Positions 58,019-64,000 of a DNA stretch of 64,000 bases are shown one piece after another. Origin of the DNA: Eledone cirrhosa. Lineage: Eukaryota. The notes beneath the pieces are model-generated. The model saw only the letters and a list, made by a program, of their open reading frames with translations. It did no database searches and was not told where the DNA came from. The number at the start of each line of letters is the position of its first letter. The first letter of the stretch is position 1. A program made the position numbers and the translations under genes. Location: the NCBI GenBank assembly GCA_964016885.1, contig OZ024741.1, forward strand, positions 312,418,001 to 312,482,000, given 5' to 3'.

Positions 58019-60331
58019 ATGGAAAAACACTACCTGGATATGTCACTCAAAAACATACCAACCCAAGGTAGAAAGGAATATTTATTGAGTATGATTCAAA
58101 AAACTAATGAATTCATTCGACGTGTCAGGTGGAAAACGCTCCACTATGATAGAAGCCGTATGAACTCAACATTGGAAAGTGGTGTAAACAACAAATTCGG
58201 TTTTAGGAGTTGTAAAAACCCACCCACCAACCCACTATTAGATGCATTTGAGCAGGACCTTATGAACTTAATCCTTAAAATTAAATTCAAAGGACGCAAC
58301 ACCAACAGCAAATTACAGAAAGATATAAAAAAACTACTGGACGACCTTAAAAACACCAAAGGAATTGTAGTAAAAGCGGACAAAACATCAAACCTGTACA
58401 CTATGGATTGCACTACATACAACAACTTCATTCGAAAAGAATTACATAAAAAATATAGAAAAACGAGTGAAGTAACCCTTAAGCACATCAATGATGAGGC
58501 ATGCGAAATAGTGAAAAATCTCGGAATCGAAGATAGGACAGGACCACTCTTACCGGCGGTACCCACCTTCAATCTTAAGGACCACAAGGTAAACTTTGAT
58601 AATGACCCTAAAATTAGATTAATCTGCCCCTCTAAATCAGATATAGGTAAAATAAGCAAATATATCTTAGATAGAATCATCCCCCAAATTAAGGCTAAGG
58701 TTAACATTAAACTCTGGGGGAAGACCCAAGAAGCAATAAGATGGTTTAATAGCATTAGCAATAAGAATAAATCTAAGTTTATCCAGTTTGATATCGATGA
58801 ATATTACTCATCGATATCACCTGAAACTTTGAATAGAGCCATTAAGTTTGCTAAGGATAACTCTGACCTTACAAACGATGAAATTAAGATTATATTAGAA
58901 GCTAGGAAAACTATAGTCAAATTTGTGAACAGTTATTGGGTACGTAAAGATAGACCCTCTAACTTTGACATAACAATGGGCTCTAACGATTCGGCGGAAA
59001 TAACTGATATTGTGGGGTTATTTATCGCCTTTAGACTCCAGGAAAAATTCAGCAATCTCCACGGCGGAATATACCGCGACGATGTTCTCCTCCTAGCTAA
59101 AAACCTTAATAACCCAAAACTAGAAAAACTACGCAAAGATATAAGAAAACTACTACTCGAAATAGGACTAACTATAACGTATGAATACAACCTTAAAGTA
59201 GTTAACTTCCTGGATGTCACACTCAATTTAAACTCTGGTTTGATTAAACCGTTTCATAAATTGAATGAAAATCTCAAATACGTAAATGTTGGGTCTAACT
59301 CTATAATTAAATCTATCCCTAAAAATATTTCCCTTAGAATCTCGGGTCTATCTTCTAACATACAAGTATTTAAGGAACACGCCGAGTACTACGATAACGC
59401 CCTTAGTAAAGCAGGCTACCTCAACAAAATAGAGTACATAGATGGGAACAATCAAAACACCCAAAATAAATCCCACATAGGTAGATATAATAACACAACA
59501 CCAAACTACACTTACTACCATAGTATGCACACCAGTAAACCAACAAACAAAACTAATAGAAAGCGATGCAAAGAGTACTTATGGTATAACCCCGAATACA
59601 ATAGTTCCATTAGTACAAATTTACCAGTACTCTTCTTTAAAATAATTAAAAGACATTTTCCCACATCACACAAATACCACAAAATCCTAAACCCTACCAC
59701 TATAAGACTGTCATACTCTACAGCATTAAACCTTGAACAACACATAAAAAAGATCAATACTAGAAGGTTAAACGAAAACACTAAGAACTTAAGTACAAAG
59801 AACACAAAAAAAACAGTAGACAATACACTACAGAACATAAATAAACCACACCTAAGTTCGTCCGCAATACTACTCCAGAGAAAACCCAACGTACACAACT
59901 GTAACTGCACCTATCCTGACAACTGCCCCCTCGGCAATAACTGCCTGGAAAAAAATATTATTTATAAGTGTACCATTAAATCCGGAGGCAACGAGTGGTA
60001 TTACGTGGGATCAACGGCAACATCGTTTAAATCTCGATTGTATAGGCATTCTTACTCAATAAAACACCAGAGCCAAAGAAATGTAACAACTTTAGCAGAA
60101 AAAGCTTGGACGCTCAGGGATAGCGATCAAAAGTTTACCCTAAAATGGGAAAAATTAGCTAAAACCCAAAGCTTTTCCAGGAGCCAACATTTCTGCAAAT
60201 TGTGTAATCTTGAGATTTATTACATAATCACACACAAGAAGAAACTGCTGAATAACAGAATTGAACGAACATTATTCTGCCGTCACAGAACTAAAACCCT
60301 TTTTTCCTACTACAAGCCGAATATTACATAA
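58019..60331 (+). CDS. Naiad-type Penelope RT + GIY-YIG endonuclease, 770 aa, uninterrupted
   Basis: MSLKNIP, KADKT, FIQFDI..YYSSI, FDITMGS.D.AE, IYRDD, FLDV, WYNP, CNC..CPL..C, IIY..YYVGST, CKLC..E, CRH. Confidence 0.92.
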   Translation: MEKHYLDMSLKNIPTQGRKEYLLSMIQKTNEFIRRVRWKTLHYDRSRMNSTLESGVNNKFGFRSCKNPPTNPLLDAFEQDLMNLILKIKFKGRNTNSKLQKDIKKLLDDLKNTKGIVVKADKTSNLYTMDCTTYNNFIRKELHKKYRKTSEVTLKHINDEACEIVKNLGIEDRTGPLLPAVPTFNLKDHKVNFDNDPKIRLICPSKSDIGKISKYILDRIIPQIKAKVNIKLWGKTQEAIRWFNSISNKNKSKFIQFDIDEYYSSISPETLNRAIKFAKDNSDLTNDEIKIILEARKTIVKFVNSYWVRKDRPSNFDITMGSNDSAEITDIVGLFIAFRLQEKFSNLHGGIYRDDVLLLAKNLNNPKLEKLRKDIRKLLLEIGLTITYEYNLKVVNFLDVTLNLNSGLIKPFHKLNENLKYVNVGSNSIIKSIPKNISLRISGLSSNIQVFKEHAEYYDNALSKAGYLNKIEYIDGNNQNTQNKSHIGRYNNTTPNYTYYHSMHTSKPTNKTNRKRCKEYLWYNPEYNSSISTNLPVLFFKIIKRHFPTSHKYHKILNPTTIRLSYSTALNLEQHIKKINTRRLNENTKNLSTKNTKKTVDNTLQNINKPHLSSSAILLQRKPNVHNCNCTYPDNCPLGNNCLEKNIIYKCTIKSGGNEWYYVGSTATSFKSRLYRHSYSIKHQSQRNVTTLAEKAWTLRDSDQKFTLKWEKLAKTQSFSRSQHFCKLCNLEIYYIITHKKKLLNNRIERTLFCRHRTKTLFSYYKPNIT

Positions 60332-60598
60332 AAGAGGGACATCCCCCAACTATATAAACCTTAATCTAGTTAGAAAAATATAAAAACAATCTCTTCTCAA
60401 CATATATTAATAACCTTAAATTACCACACTAATAATGGAAAGATATGCTGATGAGAATAGGTGCAAATATGCGATAATGAATGTGTCTAAAAACGTCCAT
60501 AAGTATGTATATATATGTGAAAATGTATATAAATAAGTAAATATATATATATGTTTGATGTGTATAGTTAGATGTAAGTGTATTCATGTATTAAAGTG

Positions 60599-60713
<115 letters not shown>

Positions 60714-61439
60714 CTGTGTATGTATGTATGTGTATATAGATGTGTATGTATGTGTATGTGTGTACACATGGACTAGAGTATGTATGTATATATGTGTATG
60801 TCTATACGTGTGTATATAAAGATAAGTTGAGTATGAAAATGTATACACATGAGCGCGTATGTATGTACATGAATACATGTGTGTATATATATGTGTATGC
60901 ATGTGTATATATATATGTAAGTATGAATATGTGAATTGTGAGTATATGTATTTTTAGAGGTGTGCAAATATATGTGTGTATGAATGCGTGGGTGAAAGGA
61001 TACGTACACTTGAAAGAAAAATTTAAGTCTGAATGTTAATTAAGTGCAAACACAAAACCAACCACGCATATCTTTACTATCTCTAATCCTTCTATAGATT
61101 TAGAAAAATAACCAATAATATATTCTATAAAAAATGTCAAAACAACAGATGGGAATCTAATTACTCACTGCCACCAAGAATTCTCACTGCTATCGAAAAA
61201 CCACTCCTTCAACTATTCTTCTAACAACTTCACCCCTCCCTCCTAATATTCTCTATACAAACTAAATAGGTCCTCAGTAATATTATTCTGATGAAATGAC
61301 AGTAAATAATAACATTGAAATATTGAATGTCTGCATAACTAAAAGTTTGTAGATAGCAGCTGTTTTAGGTTATGTAACTGTTATAGAAACACGTGTCAAT
61401 AAATTCCTTTCAACTAAACTGTATCCATTCAAATCTTTC

Positions 61440-61441
<2 letters not shown>

Positions 61442-61476
<35 letters not shown>

Positions 61477-61552
61477 TTTGTGTGTGTGTATGTATGTGTG
61501 TGTCTGTGTGTATGTGCATATGTGTGCATATGTATGTGGGTATGTCTATGTC

Positions 61553-61594
<42 letters not shown>

Positions 61595-61638
61595 CATAGA
61601 CATACCAACATACATATGCACACATATGCACAATAATA

Positions 61639-61726
<88 letters not shown>

Positions 61727-63195
61727 TATATTAATATTATTGCTCCTTAGGTTGAGCTGAAAGTAGCCTCATATATACGGCTGTTATTTCTAGCAGTACG
61801 GTTATGAGGCTAGCTAGAAACTGTAAACCATGTGCGTTACACAGTCTTTTAAAATATTTGGAAGTGAAGCATATCAATTTATTCCTGGATGTTTACTGAA
61901 GAGAGCAGGACATGATATCCTTACACTTTTTTATCTCGAAACATATTTGGATTTTAAAGTTTAAACTTATCTACGGAACAGGTTTGATTTTGAAATTTAA
62001 ATGTGTCTAAACATCTTGGCCACTTGGCAATACTGTTTGTCTTTGTTGATTTATTATTTTAAATCGATATGGGCAGACTGTAATATTATAATTAGTATAC
62101 TTCATTCTAGCTAACTAAATTTTCTTTTACAATATAAATACAGATATGTTGGTATTTGTGTTTCATCATATATATTAATTTATATTTAAATGTTTTACAC
62201 GGCTCAGAAATATTTCTTTCTTTGAGCTAATTTCATTGTAAAATAATTCATTACACTTAATATATAAATATATATACATAATATGGAAAACCAAGAATCA
62301 GTGAAGCATCGGAACACAAGTTATTACGTATTACAATTGTTTCTCCGGCGAACAGCTTGCGGTGCGATCTGTTTGTGGATCGAACACCAGACTCTGGATT
62401 CGCTAGTTCCTCAGATACGTCCAGTGATTTCGAAGCAAATCCTCTTTTTGCTGGACTCCGACTCTTCGAATTTCTGTCATCTGCCATCATCCTGTTTGCG
62501 CTGCGCTCCGATTGGTTGATAGTTCGGGAGGTCATCTTTGTGTATGACCATTCAAATCTGCCCACTGACGTTTTCCATTCAGGCGTGAGCTATCAGTCAC
62601 CCTCATCCCGTCGCCAGGAATTACTGCTATGTGTAGGTTAGGTGTTATGAACTCTCTTGCCCTTGCTTGGCTAGCCCGTCCCCCTCCACACATAGACCCG
62701 CACCTATACAGATATTTTAAGCCATTAATCGCACACTTAACTGTGCGGACACACACACACACACACATACACACACACACATACACACACACACACATAC
62801 ACACACACATAGAGCTTGCATGTTTGCGTCCACACATGTACATATATATATTCACCTTTCATATATAGGTACATTCATACACATATATACGCACATACGT
62901 ACACATAAGGGACCAGATGTATACATATATCTATCCTTACACAGCCACACATATATATATATATATATATATACACACAGACATATATTTACACATATGT
63001 ATATACATATACATGCATATACGCACCCATAGATACACACACGTACATATACACGCGCGTACCTATGCAGTCAATCATGCCTACTCATACACACACACTT
63101 AGATACATACATATATATATGTGCGTATGCACACGCACGCACACACTCATATATACACACATGTGTTTACATATACATACACACACACACAGTAT

Positions 63196-63246
<51 letters not shown>

Positions 63247-64000
63247 CACACGCACTGACACACAGACACCCACCCACACACACACATACTCATACATATG
63301 AAAATAAACTCTATAAAAATATTTGGAAAGTGCATAGAATCACGCATATGCTGCTGTACATTGGGTAGTGCACCAAGAAATATTACGTGAAGAAATACGT
63401 TAAAAAAAAAAAAAGTACATATGTGGAATACGTCAAAGAATGCATGCAACATCTCACATAGCGGTATATACGTATATGCAGACACACTTTGATGCACATA
63501 TTGACTGAGTTGGCATTATGGTGCTAACGTGAAATAATCCACGTACAGAAACCTTATAAACAAAATTACCTATGGGAAGCTCATAGGAACAATGCAAAGG
63601 GTATACCTAAAACATAAATAAAAGTATATAAAAATACACATGAGTTTGTACAGGAATAAAATACATAAAGTGTTACATAATGTCTTACATACGTAAGAAC
63701 ATACACACTCTACATAAAAGATATATATGCATGGAGTGCGCAAGAACAGTATGTAACGGAGTATGTTACTGTGGCTGAAAGTGAGTGCCTTAGTGAAGTG
63801 TGATACGGGATTGAGTATACCCATGGGAATGGAAACGCCGTGCCCTGGCTACTGCGACGGCGTTATTTAAGATAAGATACAGAGTCAAATGTGCACCATT
63901 GAGTGTGTCGACCTGCCCCATAGGGCATACATAGTCATCAAGGTATGGTGTCAGATCACATAGAACCACGCCGCCACCACGATTGACGTCCGCTTCCCCG
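61442..64000 (-). repeat. inverted duplicate of 51337-53880, running off the window edge
   Basis: Mirror ORFs (e.g. 52772-53080 vs 62257-62565; 51513-51767 vs 63570-63824) with scattered substitutions. Confidence 0.92.

Noticed and set aside
60448-60490. CTGATGA in the Naiad 3' UTR as an extra hammerhead
   Set aside because: No downstream GAAA-stem III-UH with a matching stem I.

Overview
Eukaryotic, AT-rich, microsatellite-dense animal DNA; the SINE types and repeat content suggest a cephalopod such as Octopus (inference). The window is almost entirely nested retroelements. These are an R4/Dong 3' fragment whose (TAA)n tail holds a full-length Tx1-clade LINE, a Dong/CRE chimera, at least five families of Penelope-like elements (PLEs, including one uninterrupted 770-aa Naiad-type RT+GIY-YIG ORF), two RTE LINEs, non-autonomous Helitrons and SINEs. 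The only host-gene traces are two open phase-1 EGF-repeat exons on the minus strand. The most notable unannotated signals are: (1) many type I hammerhead ribozymes, including a Naiad-associated class with a 57-91 nt, often branched stem II; (2) a non-coding ~430-500 bp hammerhead-bearing tandem/inverted array resembling a retrozyme; (3) a >12 kb near-perfect palindrome plus a third copy, best explained by template switching between inverted PLE copies; (4) an RTE LINE with a twin-priming-type 5' inversion that breaks at the RT catalytic motif. All structures and alignments were made by eye; no searches or folding programs were run.
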